In this document: positions 18,701 to 28,295 of the stretch, piece by piece
Numbering within the stretch: the stretch's first letter is position 1
How the letters are laid out: every line of letters begins with the position of its first letter
Source of the DNA: Dehalococcoidia bacterium
GTDB lineage: Bacteria; Chloroflexota; Dehalococcoidia; Bin125
DNA: 64,000 bases
Direction: 5' to 3'
NCBI GenBank assembly: GCA_965261715.1
Contig: OZ253471.1
Location: 462,165 to 526,164, forward strand
The notes under the pieces: model-generated
Told to the model about the DNA's origin: nothing
Database searches by the model: none
Seen by the model: only the letters and a program-made list of their open reading frames with translations
Position numbers and translations under genes: made by a program

Positions 18701-20008
18701 GTGTTACGACGCTACGCCACGGGTCGGGTCTTCTTTGGCTGGTACATCGTGTCCGGCGGGATTCTCGTGCAGTTTCTGCTCGGCGGATTGGTCATGCACG
18801 CGACCGGCTTCTATGTCGCCGCGCTCAAGGCCGAGTTCGCCTGGTCGGCGACGCTGTTCGGCGTCGCCCTGGCGATGACTCGGATCGAGTCCGGCGCTCT
18901 CGGACCGCTACAGGGCTGGGCGATCGACCGCTTCGGTCCCCGCATGATGATGCGCTTCGGCATCGCGGCTACCGCGCTTGGACTGGTGCTCTTCAGTCAG
19001 ATCACGAACGAAGCCACGTTCTTCATCTACTACTTCATCATCTCGATCGGCGCAGGCGTCGGCGGATTCATGACCCTCACCGTGGCGGTCGTGCACTGGT
19101 TCAAGCGAACGCGCGCGCGGGCCATGGGCTATCTGATGACCGGGTTGGCGTTCGGTAGCCTGATGACGCCGCTGATCGCATTCCTGATAGACGATGTCGG
19201 CTGGCGCACGACCTCACTCGGTTCGGGGATTCTGCTATTCGTCGCCGGTCAAATCATTGCCACGCTGATCGTGCGGCCGAGCGATCGCGGGGAGTCGTCC
19301 GAGCCGGCGCGGGCTGCCACCGTGTCGCGTCCGAATGCGCCCATTGAGACGATCGAGCAGAGCCGCGACTTCACGACGCGTGAAGCGATGCGCACCCGCG
19401 CGTTCTGGGCGTTGTCCCTCGCCCATGGCTCACCCTTGCTGCTGGTCGCGGCCTTCAGTGGCTTCTTCGTCGTGCGCGTCAGCGAGATCGATGGTCTCAA
19501 TGCCGGTCACGCAGCGCTGGCGATGGTTGTTGGCACGGTCTGCCAGGTGGCAGCGCAACTGATTGCCGGATACGCGGGTGACTTCATCTCAAAACGACTG
19601 ATCATCGGCCTGTGTCTCGTCGGCCACGCCGCGGGCGCGGTCGTCGTCGCGATCGCCGATTCGTTCCCATTGATTCTCCTCGCCGCCGTCCTGCATTACA
19701 CAGCCTGGGGCGGCCGCGGTCCAAACATCAACTCGCTGCGCGCCGACTACTTCGGATCCGCAAATATCGGCAAGATCATGGGTTGGGCATCGGTCGTGAT
19801 GATGGTCTACTCGGCTGGTGGCTCGCTGTTGGCCGGCGCCCTGCGCGACATCAGCGGTGGCTGGACGCTGCCCTTCATCGTGGTCGGCATTGGAGCGGCG
19901 AGCGGCCTGTTCTGGCTCGCCCTCGCAACCCGGCCCACGCTGCCGGACGTGCCACCGGACGATGACCCAACCAATGCGGCGATGTCGTACCCTCAGGCTC
20001 GCAGATGA
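18701..20008 (+). CDS. MFS transporter (paralogue 3 of 3)
   Basis: RVFFGWYIVSGG...RIESGALGPLQGWAIDRFGP. Confidence 0.85.
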   Translation: MLRRYATGRVFFGWYIVSGGILVQFLLGGLVMHATGFYVAALKAEFAWSATLFGVALAMTRIESGALGPLQGWAIDRFGPRMMMRFGIAATALGLVLFSQITNEATFFIYYFIISIGAGVGGFMTLTVAVVHWFKRTRARAMGYLMTGLAFGSLMTPLIAFLIDDVGWRTTSLGSGILLFVAGQIIATLIVRPSDRGESSEPARAATVSRPNAPIETIEQSRDFTTREAMRTRAFWALSLAHGSPLLLVAAFSGFFVVRVSEIDGLNAGHAALAMVVGTVCQVAAQLIAGYAGDFISKRLIIGLCLVGHAAGAVVVAIADSFPLILLAAVLHYTAWGGRGPNINSLRADYFGSANIGKIMGWASVVMMVYSAGGSLLAGALRDISGGWTLPFIVVGIGAASGLFWLALATRPTLPDVPPDDDPTNAAMSYPQARR

Positions 20009-20048
20009 CTGTACTCGCAGATGACAGTACTCGCGGATGACAGTAATT
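20001..20048 (+). repeat. 3 x 16-bp tandem direct repeat spanning the MFS-3 stop codon
   Basis: gcagatgactgtactc / gcagatgacagtactc / gcggatgacagtaatt. Confidence 0.85.
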
Positions 20049-20068
20049 GACGGAGTGTGGAGGAGCCG

Positions 20069-21634
20069 ATGGAATACGACGTAATCATTGTGGGCGCCGG
20101 ATCGTCCGGCGCTGTGCTGGCGACACGGCTGAGCGAGGACCGCTCACGGTCGGTCTTGCTGCTCGATGCCGGACCCGACTACCGGACGCTCGGCGAGCTG
20201 CCGACCGACATCAACAGCATTCACGAACCGTCGGTCACGCGTCACGACTGGGGCTTCGGCGCCACCTTCGTCCCCGGGCGAGAGGCGCAGTTGCCGCGCG
20301 GCAAGCTGGTCGGCGGCTCGTCGGCGGTCAACACCGGCGTCGCGATCCGCGGCGCGCCCGGCGACTACGACACCTGGGCTGAGCTGACCGGCGACGACCG
20401 CTGGAGTTGGGAGCAATGTCTCCCCTATTTCCGCGCCATCGAGGACGACAAGGACGAGGGCGGCGACTTCCACGGTCAGGGAGGCCCAATTCCGGTCCGT
20501 CGCTGGAAACGCGACGAGATGGAGCCGGTGCAGCGCGGCTTCTACGACGCCTGCGTCGCCTACGGCTTCGAGGAGACCAACGACCAGAACGACCCTGAGT
20601 CAACCGGCATCTCGCCGTTGGCGATGAATCGCGACGGTCCCGACCAGATGACCCGCTGGTCGGCCAACATGGGCTTCCTATCGCAGGGCCGCAACCGGCT
20701 CAACCTGACCGTGCGCGGCCATTGCCTGGTCGACCGCGTGCTGTTCGAAGGCGGACGCGCGGTCGGTCTCGCGGTCGAATGCGACGGCGAGTTGCAGGAA
20801 GTGCGCGGCAACGAGATCATCCTCTCGGCGGGCGCGATCATGAGTCCCGCCATCCTGCTGCGCAGCGGAATCGGCCCAGCTTCCGATCTGGCACAGTTGG
20901 GCATTCCCTCGATGGTTGATCTGCCGGGCGTTGGCAAGCACCTGATGGATCATCCAATGACGCCGATGCTGCTGAACCCCACCCCGGGAACGGTCGATCC
21001 CGATCGCCCGCTAGCGCAGACATTGCTCCGCTACACGTCCGAGACCGGCGAGTTCAACGACATGCAGGTCTACCTGCTCGGCCACATTCTGGTCGGTCCT
21101 GAAGCGCGCTTCGGAGCATGGGTCGGAGAGAGTGCTGAGAATCTTGAGGCAGGCTGGGTCTTCGGCATCGCTCCCGGAGTACAACTACCGAACTCATACG
21201 GTTCAGTCACACTCGCGAGCGCCGACTACACGGATCACCCAACCATCGACCTCAAGTTCGATGAGAACGAGGCCGATCGCGTACGGCTGCGTGAAGGCAC
21301 AAGGATTGCCTGGAAACTGGCGCAGTCCGAAGCGATGGCGCCGTATCACACGGGTGCACTCGATATCACCCAGGACATCATCGACGACGACGACAAGCTC
21401 GACAAATGGATCCACTCCGCCGCAACCAGCATGGCCCACCCCACCTGCACCTGCCCGATGGGCCCCGACTCGTCCGAAGGCGCAGTCGTCGACAGCGAGG
21501 GCCGCGTCTACGGAGTCGAGGGTCTACGTGTCGTCGACGGTTCAATCATGCCAACCCTCATCCGAGCCAACACCAACTTCACCTGCATGATGATGGGAGA
21601 ACGAATCGCCGAATGGATGTCGGCGGAGGGCTAG
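20069..21634 (+). CDS. GMC-family FAD oxidoreductase
   Basis: YDVIIVGAGSSGAVLATRLSED and the C-terminal AHPTCTCPMG motif. ATG 20069 is preceded by GGAGGAG. Confidence 0.9.
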   Translation: MEYDVIIVGAGSSGAVLATRLSEDRSRSVLLLDAGPDYRTLGELPTDINSIHEPSVTRHDWGFGATFVPGREAQLPRGKLVGGSSAVNTGVAIRGAPGDYDTWAELTGDDRWSWEQCLPYFRAIEDDKDEGGDFHGQGGPIPVRRWKRDEMEPVQRGFYDACVAYGFEETNDQNDPESTGISPLAMNRDGPDQMTRWSANMGFLSQGRNRLNLTVRGHCLVDRVLFEGGRAVGLAVECDGELQEVRGNEIILSAGAIMSPAILLRSGIGPASDLAQLGIPSMVDLPGVGKHLMDHPMTPMLLNPTPGTVDPDRPLAQTLLRYTSETGEFNDMQVYLLGHILVGPEARFGAWVGESAENLEAGWVFGIAPGVQLPNSYGSVTLASADYTDHPTIDLKFDENEADRVRLREGTRIAWKLAQSEAMAPYHTGALDITQDIIDDDDKLDKWIHSAATSMAHPTCTCPMGPDSSEGAVVDSEGRVYGVEGLRVVDGSIMPTLIRANTNFTCMMMGERIAEWMSAEG

Positions 21635-21668
21635 GCAAGAGTTCAAACGACGTGTTTGTCAGCCCGTC

Positions 21669-21825
21669 AAACTCCGTCATTCCTGCGCTCCGGCGCGGGA
21701 ATCTCGCCGAGTTTTGCATCGACCCTCCAACCTGAGGAGCCCCACACGCCCTAACCGCTAAGCGGCCTCGCGCCCTGAGTACCGCGCACTGCGAGATACC
21801 CGCGGCAAGCGCGGGTATGACGGAG
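21669..21825. repeat. Family A bipartite palindromic repeat, copy 2
   Basis: aactccgtcattCCTGCGctccggCGCGGGaatctcgccga ... gcgagatACCCGCGgcaagCGCGGGTatgacggag. Confidence 0.8.
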
Positions 21826-21867
21826 CAAAGGTGGAATGACTGACGCGTCCGAGTTGGTGAACAGTCG

Positions 21868-23100
21868 CTAGCTCAGAGCGCCCGATGCGGCCAGGGTTTC
21901 GATCTCGGTCTCGCTCAGGCCGAGCACATCCTTGAGGATTTCTTCGTTGTGTTCGCCGTATTGAGGCGCGGGACGCACTGCCCCCCCAGGCGTCTCAGAG
22001 TGCAGGTATCGCGGCGCCTCGAGGACGGTCTCGCCGTGCAGCGAGTGCGGTAACCGGCGGAAATGGTTTCGGTGGACCAGTTGCGGGTCGTTGGCGGCGT
22101 CCTCGCTTGTCGAGAGGCGATGCGCTGAGATTCCGCTCGATTGCAGCATCGTCTCGACCTCTTCTGCGGTCAGTTGAGATGTCCACGCTGCGAGGGCGTC
22201 GTCGATCTCGGCCTGACGCTGTTTTCGCGCGGCGAAGGTCAGCGATGCATCGATCCCGATTAGTCCGGCCAGGGTGCGCCATTGCTCTTCGGTCGAAACG
22301 ACGATTGCGATCCAGGACTCGGCGCGACCTTCCGGCGGCTGGCAGGGATAAACCCCGTGCGGACACATCTGGTCGTCGTCGTTGCCCCGAGCTTCCAGCG
22401 CCGGGCCGCCGTTCATGTAGTCGATCAGCGCCGGAGCGAGGAGTTGCAACGTGCCCTCCGCCTGCGCCTGATCGATGAACACGCCCTGTCCCGTCCGGTT
22501 TCGATGATCGACGGCAGCCAGCAGCGCAGTCAGGGCGAAGCGCGGCGCGGGATAGTCGGTGTACGGACCGAACGGTCCTGCCGGCGCACGGTCGGGCCAG
22601 CCGGTCAGGTGTTGCACACCCGACATCCCAGCGCCCTGGCTGCCAAAGCCGCTGACCTGGTTGTACGGACCGGTCTGTCCGAGCAGGGTGCTGCTGAGCA
22701 TGATCAACTCAGGCTTCAACTCGCGAAGATGTTGGTAATCGAGCTGCCAGCGCGCCAGGATGCCGGCCGTGAATGACTCGCTGACGATGTCAGCCCACAG
22801 GACCAAGCGTCGGAAGATGTCCTGCGCCTCAGGAATGTTGAGGCTGAGCGTGAGACCCCACTTGCCCGCATTGACGTTTCCGTAGAGCCCGGAATGTTCA
22901 ACACTCGGCTGGTCGCCATGGAAGGGGCCCACGACGCGGGCTGTGTCGACGCGGATCGGGGACTCGACTCGAATCACCGTCGCGCCAAAGTCGGCCATCG
23001 CGCGACCGACCGTTGGTCCCGCGACGATCCAGCTGAGATCGAGCAGCTTCAGCCCGGCCAGCGGACCAGCGTCTTCGGGCAGGCCATTGGCCGTCGTCAT
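21868..23100 (-). CDS. Family III CoA-transferase (subunit lacking the usual Asp context)
   Basis: LAGLKLLDLSWIVAGPTVGRAMADFGATVIRVE. GFGSQGAGMSG sits where the catalytic Asp motif is expected. Confidence 0.85.
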   Translation of the reverse strand: MTTANGLPEDAGPLAGLKLLDLSWIVAGPTVGRAMADFGATVIRVESPIRVDTARVVGPFHGDQPSVEHSGLYGNVNAGKWGLTLSLNIPEAQDIFRRLVLWADIVSESFTAGILARWQLDYQHLRELKPELIMLSSTLLGQTGPYNQVSGFGSQGAGMSGVQHLTGWPDRAPAGPFGPYTDYPAPRFALTALLAAVDHRNRTGQGVFIDQAQAEGTLQLLAPALIDYMNGGPALEARGNDDDQMCPHGVYPCQPPEGRAESWIAIVVSTEEQWRTLAGLIGIDASLTFAARKQRQAEIDDALAAWTSQLTAEEVETMLQSSGISAHRLSTSEDAANDPQLVHRNHFRRLPHSLHGETVLEAPRYLHSETPGGAVRPAPQYGEHNEEILKDVLGLSETEIETLAASGALS

Positions 23101-24335
23101 ATGACACCGTCCGAACTCAGCGCCGCCAGCTCACTCTGCGTCAGGCCTAGCTCGCCGTAAAGCTCTTCATTGTGCTCTCCGAGCTCGGGCGGAGGGCGCT
23201 CGTTGCCGGCCCGGGGTTCTCCGTCGAGGAAGACCTTGAGCGGCGGCCCCGGATAGGTCACCTGTCGCCCGTCGCCATGCTCGATCTCCCGCCAGAAGTC
23301 TCGTGCTTCGAGCTGGATGCTTTCGGCCAGATCGACGACCGTGAGAACGGGAACGAGCAGCAGGTCGTATTTGATCGAGACCGCGAGCATCTCTTCTTTC
23401 GTCCGTTTCGCGACCTGCTCTGTCATGGCCTGCTGGATCGTTGGAAACAGCCCAGGGTCGGCGTCGCCGGTTGCAACACGGTCGGCGTACGTTCTGAAGT
23501 TCTCATTGAGCAGGCTGGCGTCGAGCGCGCCGATGTTGACCAGCCACTCCACTGCGTGGTTGGCGAAGTGGCCGACCGCAGGGCCGGGGGCCATGTTCAG
23601 CACGATGTGTCCGTTCTTGACCGCGGCCGAGACGCGAAAGCCGATCCCGCGCGACTTGACCCCGCCGGCGAACCGCTCAGGCTCGGTGGCGCCCAACTGG
23701 TAGGCGAGGATTTGTCCCAGCGTCGCCTGCGCCGCGGAGACCTGGGCAGACACGTCAACATGTTGTCCCGATCCCGACTGATGACGAGCGTGAAGCGCGA
23801 GCATCAGCCCGCCCGCCGCATCGGCGGCTGCATGTCCCCACGCTTGCGGTTGCGAGACGCGAATCGGCGCGCGGTCATCGTCGCCGGTCATCAACAGCGG
23901 CGTTCCCGCCGCCCAGATTGCGAGGTCGGAGCCTACATAATCGGCCTTCGGACCGGTCTGACCGAAGGCGGAGATTGAGGCGTAGATCAGTCGAGGATTG
24001 CGTTCGTGGAGGGTGTCGTAGTCGAGACCAAGTTCAGCCATCCGACCGACATCGGAGGATTCAATCAGGAAATCGGCGCTGTCAACAAGCTGCAGGAAGA
24101 GTTCGCGGCCACGAGGTCGTTCGAGGTCGCAGGACACGCCACGCTTGCCTCGCGTGTAGGCCGCCCAGTAGATCGACTGATCGGGATGGTCGGCGAAGAA
24201 TGGCGCGACACCGCGACCCGAGGAGCCTGTCGGCGGCTCCACCTGGATGACATCCGCGCCGAGATCGGCCAGCATCTGTCCAGTCAGAACGCCACGCTCG
24301 TCGCTCAGGTCAAGAACGCGATATGGAGAGAGCAT
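23097..24335 (-). CDS. Family III CoA-transferase (Asp-containing subunit)
   Basis: YRVLDLSDERGVLTGQMLADLGADVIQVE and the YVGSDLAIWAAG motif. 4-nt overlap with the downstream paralogue. Confidence 0.85.
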   Translation of the reverse strand: MLSPYRVLDLSDERGVLTGQMLADLGADVIQVEPPTGSSGRGVAPFFADHPDQSIYWAAYTRGKRGVSCDLERPRGRELFLQLVDSADFLIESSDVGRMAELGLDYDTLHERNPRLIYASISAFGQTGPKADYVGSDLAIWAAGTPLLMTGDDDRAPIRVSQPQAWGHAAADAAGGLMLALHARHQSGSGQHVDVSAQVSAAQATLGQILAYQLGATEPERFAGGVKSRGIGFRVSAAVKNGHIVLNMAPGPAVGHFANHAVEWLVNIGALDASLLNENFRTYADRVATGDADPGLFPTIQQAMTEQVAKRTKEEMLAVSIKYDLLLVPVLTVVDLAESIQLEARDFWREIEHGDGRQVTYPGPPLKVFLDGEPRAGNERPPPELGEHNEELYGELGLTQSELAALSSDGVI

Positions 24336-24370
24336 GAGCCGCAGGGTAGCGGCAGGTCGGCCTATTTCGG

Positions 24371-25153
24371 CTATCCGGCCTGCGGCTGTCTGCCCTCGCC
24401 CGGCGGTCCGGCGAAGGCCTGTGCCACCTGGAGGAACTCCTCGGCCGCTCCAGTCGTGAAGTAGAGGTCGGTGTCCGCGTAGTGGATTCGTTGCGTGACG
24501 ACGCGGCAGAAGTCGGGCGCCACGCCTCGAACGACGTTTGTCGCACCTTCATCACCACGTGACCATTCGGCGCCGGAGGGTAGCGTCAGTTCGACTCGGA
24601 GCGGCTCGACGTTCGCCTCCATTCCCCGTGTTTGATAGGCGAATTGGCGCGTAATGTAGCCGAGATGCGCGATGTGCTGTAGGCGATCCGAGTGAACCGG
24701 CTCAACGCCTGCGCCATCAAGTGCGTCAAGTCCGTGCGACCAACACTCCATCAGCCGCGCAGTGGCGAAGGAGCGGGCGCTCATCGGCGGGCCGGCCCAG
24801 GGCATCCGATCTCGACCGTCGTGCGCTCGCAGCGCCGTCTCCATCCGGTCGCGGCCGGCGCGCCACCAGTCGACGAGCTGGTTCCGTGTCATATGCCGTG
24901 AACTGTCCTGCGTCGCCGATCGAGTCCCATCCGCCGATCGCTCACCTGCCGGCATCGACCGCGCCGCTCCGCTCGCTACCATCGTCGCCATCTCGTCAAC
25001 CTCGGCCAGGTGCGAAATCACATCGCGAACCATCCAGCCGCGACACGGCGTGTCGTTCTGCCAGACCTCGTCGGGTAGGTCGGCCAGTTGAGCGTCGAGG
25101 TACTGCTGTTCGGCGACAAGGTCGTCGAGGAGTTCTTGGTAGGGGTCGGACAT
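24371..25153 (-). CDS. DinB/MDMPI_N superfamily protein (TIGR03084-like)
   Basis: N-terminal LVAEQQYLDAQLADLPDEVWQNDTPCRGWMVRDVISHL pattern. ATG 25153 chosen. Confidence 0.65.
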   Translation of the reverse strand: MSDPYQELLDDLVAEQQYLDAQLADLPDEVWQNDTPCRGWMVRDVISHLAEVDEMATMVASGAARSMPAGERSADGTRSATQDSSRHMTRNQLVDWWRAGRDRMETALRAHDGRDRMPWAGPPMSARSFATARLMECWSHGLDALDGAGVEPVHSDRLQHIAHLGYITRQFAYQTRGMEANVEPLRVELTLPSGAEWSRGDEGATNVVRGVAPDFCRVVTQRIHYADTDLYFTTGAAEEFLQVAQAFAGPPGEGRQPQAG

Positions 25154-25231
25154 TGAAGAGACCTTTCGCGGCTTGTCAGTAAGGATAATTCGTGCTGCCA
25201 CTCTGGATAGACTGAGAATCGGAGGCGGTTC

Positions 25232-25933
25232 ATGAGACGACCCGATGACCCACGGTTCACAAGTGATCGCTACGCCTTTTCCGAGGCCGGCCGGATTCTC
25301 GGTGTTCGGTCACAGACGGTGGGCAACTGGTTTCGCGGTTACCGAAGAGGGGCCAAGCACTATGGCCCGCTGTTTGGGCAGACCTTGGGCGTGGTCAAGC
25401 CCCGAAGCAAGATCAGTTACCTGGAGCTTGTTGAGGCCAAAGTTGTCGCGGCCTGCCGTGCTCACGGGATCAGCGCGGTACGTATTCGCCGAGCAAGGGA
25501 GTTTGCTCAAGTTCATCTGGACGCAGAGTTCCCGTTTGCGACGCGCCAATTCACAACTGACGGCTCACGAGTGCTGTACGAGTTCCAGGAAAACGAAGAG
25601 GAGCGGCCTGACGGTCCGATGTTCGTCGACATCGGCAGCGCTGCGGCTCAGACTGTTCTGCCCGGCTACATACGCGAGGTAGTCGACTTATTCGAGTTTG
25701 CGACCGACGGCGTCGATTGGCCGACATGCTTTTATCCACGCGGCCGGGATGTTCCTCTGTCAGTCGATCCGACGTTTCGGTCAGGACAAGTCACGATTGT
25801 CAATCGAGGGATTCCAGCTGAGTCCGTGTGGCGTCGATGGCTAGCGGAAGAGCCGCGTTGGTTCATCGCACAGGATCTGGAGATCGATTTGACCGCAGTT
25901 GACGCGGCTATCGCATTCAGAAGCGCTGCATGA
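25232..25933 (+). CDS. HTH + DUF433-type putative antitoxin
   Basis: N-terminal YAFSEAGRILGVRSQTVGNWFRGY (HTH-like) and a C-terminal DUF433-like region (IPAESVW...IAQDLEIDLTAVDAAIAF). ATGA overlap with the next ORF. Confidence 0.55.
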   Translation: MRRPDDPRFTSDRYAFSEAGRILGVRSQTVGNWFRGYRRGAKHYGPLFGQTLGVVKPRSKISYLELVEAKVVAACRAHGISAVRIRRAREFAQVHLDAEFPFATRQFTTDGSRVLYEFQENEEERPDGPMFVDIGSAAAQTVLPGYIREVVDLFEFATDGVDWPTCFYPRGRDVPLSVDPTFRSGQVTIVNRGIPAESVWRRWLAEEPRWFIAQDLEIDLTAVDAAIAFRSAA

Positions 25934-26343
25934 AGTTGTTCTTCGATGAATGCCTTGGCACCGGAGTGCCAAAGGCGCTCAGGCTCGTCCGCTTCACGAA
26001 CGTGCTGTACCTCAAGAGTGTGTATCGCTGGAAGATCGAACAGGGAACGGTAATCAGTGATGACGAATGGATTGCCCGAGCAGGGCGTCAAGGCTGGTTG
26101 GTCGTAACAGAGGACTTGGCGATTTTGGACAGCTCCAGTGAGCGGTCATTGTTGGTTGAGCATCAGGTGGGAATCGTCTTCCTCGAAGCGGCGAAGCTGA
26201 AGAGTCGCGATGTCTTGGCCTTCACGCTGAGGCGCATGAACTGGTTTGAAGAGATCGATTCTGAGCAGCGACCGTTTGCATATGTAACGACCCTCCGAGG
26301 CAGGCCGCGGAGGGTCGAGTTGAAGTCCGAAACGGACTCTTGA
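25930..26343 (+). CDS. DUF5615/Mut7-C-like PIN-fold putative toxin
   Basis: MKLFFDECLG...DDEWIARAGRQGWLVVTEDLAI pattern typical of DUF5615 partners of DUF433. Confidence 0.55.
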   Translation: MKLFFDECLGTGVPKALRLVRFTNVLYLKSVYRWKIEQGTVISDDEWIARAGRQGWLVVTEDLAILDSSSERSLLVEHQVGIVFLEAAKLKSRDVLAFTLRRMNWFEEIDSEQRPFAYVTTLRGRPRRVELKSETDS

Positions 26344-26346
26344 CTG

Positions 26347-27444
26347 CTAGTCGACCACCGGCGTCGCTCCCAGCGGACGCAATTCGTCCATGAGCCAGGA
26401 GAGGCGTTCCTCGGTGAGGCCGGCCGGCTTGCTGGCGTCCTTCGAGCCCGGGTAGCCGAAGCTGCTGCGACCCTCATTCTGCTGGCGGACGTACTGGCCC
26501 AGCGAGATTCGGCTGGCGTAGCTGAGGTTGGTGCGCACGTATTTGGGCAGGTCGTCCCAGGTGGTGGCATGCGCCATTTCCGCGGCGACCTCGAAGTTGA
26601 CGGCGTCAGCCATCTTGTCCCACTCGCCTCGTAGCGAGAGCTCGTGCAGCTGCATGCCCAGCGACTCGATGCCGTGGGCGCGGAAGACGTGGTGGTAAGA
26701 CCGCGTCGAGCCATAGAAGGAGATCGCGCGACGCAGGCCGTCGATCGACTGTTCGACCTCGGACTCGTTCTCGCCGAAGGCCATGAAGCCGCCGACGCCG
26801 AGGTCGATGTCCTCGAAGTTACGGCCGGCGCGCTCGGCGCCCTTCTTCACATTGGGAATGACCGTTTCCATCATCACCTTGTGGGTCATGAAGCCGTGCG
26901 GTCGCAGACCATCGGCGCAGGCGCCGGCAACCTGGGCCATCAACGGGCCCACGTTGGCCAACGAGATCTTCGGCGCGTCGTACTCAATCGGACCCGGGTC
27001 GAACATCGGCGTCATCAGCGTGTAGGTGTAGTTGTCCGAGATGAATTCGGGGCGCTCGCCGGTCTGCCAGGAGTGCCAGATGGCGCGCATCATGTTGATG
27101 TAGTCCTCCATGCGCTTGGCCGGCGGCGACCAGGTGCCGCCGAAGCGTCGCACGTTGTGACCCTTGACCTGGCTACCGAGACCGAGGTTGATCCGGCCCT
27201 TGGAGAGGTCCTGCATGTCCCAGGCGGCCTGCGCCATGATCATCGGCGTGCGTGGGAAGGCGATGGTGACCGACGACGAGATCTCGACGCGCTCAGTGTG
27301 TTCGGCGGCGATCATCATCTGGAAGAGGGAGTTGTGCTTGGTCTCGGGGACGACGATCGAGTCGAAGCCTCGGGCCTCAAGCGCCTTCACCTGCTCCGGG
27401 ATACCACCGAGCCAGCCGCCGCCAAATCCGGTTTCGATCTTCAT
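26347..27444 (-). CDS. LLM-class (luciferase-like) F420/flavin-dependent oxidoreductase
   Basis: ARGFDSIVVPETKHNSLF...GRINLGLGSQVKGHNVRRFG pattern of the luciferase-like monooxygenase family. Confidence 0.85.
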   Translation of the reverse strand: MKIETGFGGGWLGGIPEQVKALEARGFDSIVVPETKHNSLFQMMIAAEHTERVEISSSVTIAFPRTPMIMAQAAWDMQDLSKGRINLGLGSQVKGHNVRRFGGTWSPPAKRMEDYINMMRAIWHSWQTGERPEFISDNYTYTLMTPMFDPGPIEYDAPKISLANVGPLMAQVAGACADGLRPHGFMTHKVMMETVIPNVKKGAERAGRNFEDIDLGVGGFMAFGENESEVEQSIDGLRRAISFYGSTRSYHHVFRAHGIESLGMQLHELSLRGEWDKMADAVNFEVAAEMAHATTWDDLPKYVRTNLSYASRISLGQYVRQQNEGRSSFGYPGSKDASKPAGLTEERLSWLMDELRPLGATPVVD

Positions 27445-27600
27445 CTGTTTCCTGACCTTTCCGGCAAAGCCGTAGTGCTTGATTTCGTGAAGTTAGTCAC
27501 AGTCTAGAGCGGTATCGGTCAGGGCCCAATCCGCCGTTTGTGACTCGCAATCGGGATAGACTCAAGCCACTGTTGACGCACGAAGCAAGGCAGGAAACAC

Positions 27601-27891
27601 GTGGTTGCGGAAGAGATCGGTAAGCGAGTGTTCTGCACGCTCGACGAAGTGAGGGATCGCTTTGATGAGGTGCTCGCGCGAGTTGAGAACGGGGAGTCGT
27701 TCGCCATAATGCGCGAGGGCAAGGTTGTCGCGGAGTTGTCCCCGGAGTCAGAGCCGGAAATCGATGCGGAAGATCGAAATGCTGCATTCCAGCGTTTCTG
27801 GGACGAGCTCAGGGAGTTGAGAAGAGCGGAGCCAACAGGCATCACGCGCGAAGAAATTCTCAAGTGGCGTCATGAGGGCCATAAGAGGTGA
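27601..27891 (+). CDS. Phd/YefM-type antitoxin (VapB-like)
   Basis: 96 aa with RDRFDEVLARVENGESFAIMREGKVVAEL. The stop overlaps the start of the PIN gene. Confidence 0.7.
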   Translation: MVAEEIGKRVFCTLDEVRDRFDEVLARVENGESFAIMREGKVVAELSPESEPEIDAEDRNAAFQRFWDELRELRRAEPTGITREEILKWRHEGHKR

Positions 27892-28295
27892 CCCTGATCG
27901 TTTTAGATGCGTCAATTACGACCAGCTGGCTGCTGGAGGACGAGCAAGGTCCGCTTTCGCTTGCTGTCTTTGAGATAGCAAAGCGTGAAGGCGCGACGGT
28001 GCCGCAACCTTGGCGCTTTGAGGTCGCCAACTCGCTCTTGTTCGCAGAACGTCGAAGCCGGTTGCGGCCCGGTCGAGCCATATTTCACCTGAAGTCACTC
28101 GACGACTTATCCATCCAGATTGACGATTCCCCCGATTTAGTCGCGATCCTCACCTTGGCGTTCGAGTACGGATTGACCTTCTATGACGCGCTCTATCTGG
28201 AACTCGCATTGCGGCGCGAGCTGCCGCTGGCAACCCTCGACTTTGACCTGGAGAGAGCCTCTCGCTCCGCGGGCGTGGAGGTCTTCTCCGCCTAG
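27888..28295 (+). CDS. vapC: VapC-family PIN-domain toxin
   Basis: IVLDASITTSWLLEDE ... TFYDALYLELAL ... LATLDFDL (PIN acidic residues). Confidence 0.85.
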   Translation: MTLIVLDASITTSWLLEDEQGPLSLAVFEIAKREGATVPQPWRFEVANSLLFAERRSRLRPGRAIFHLKSLDDLSIQIDDSPDLVAILTLAFEYGLTFYDALYLELALRRELPLATLDFDLERASRSAGVEVFSA

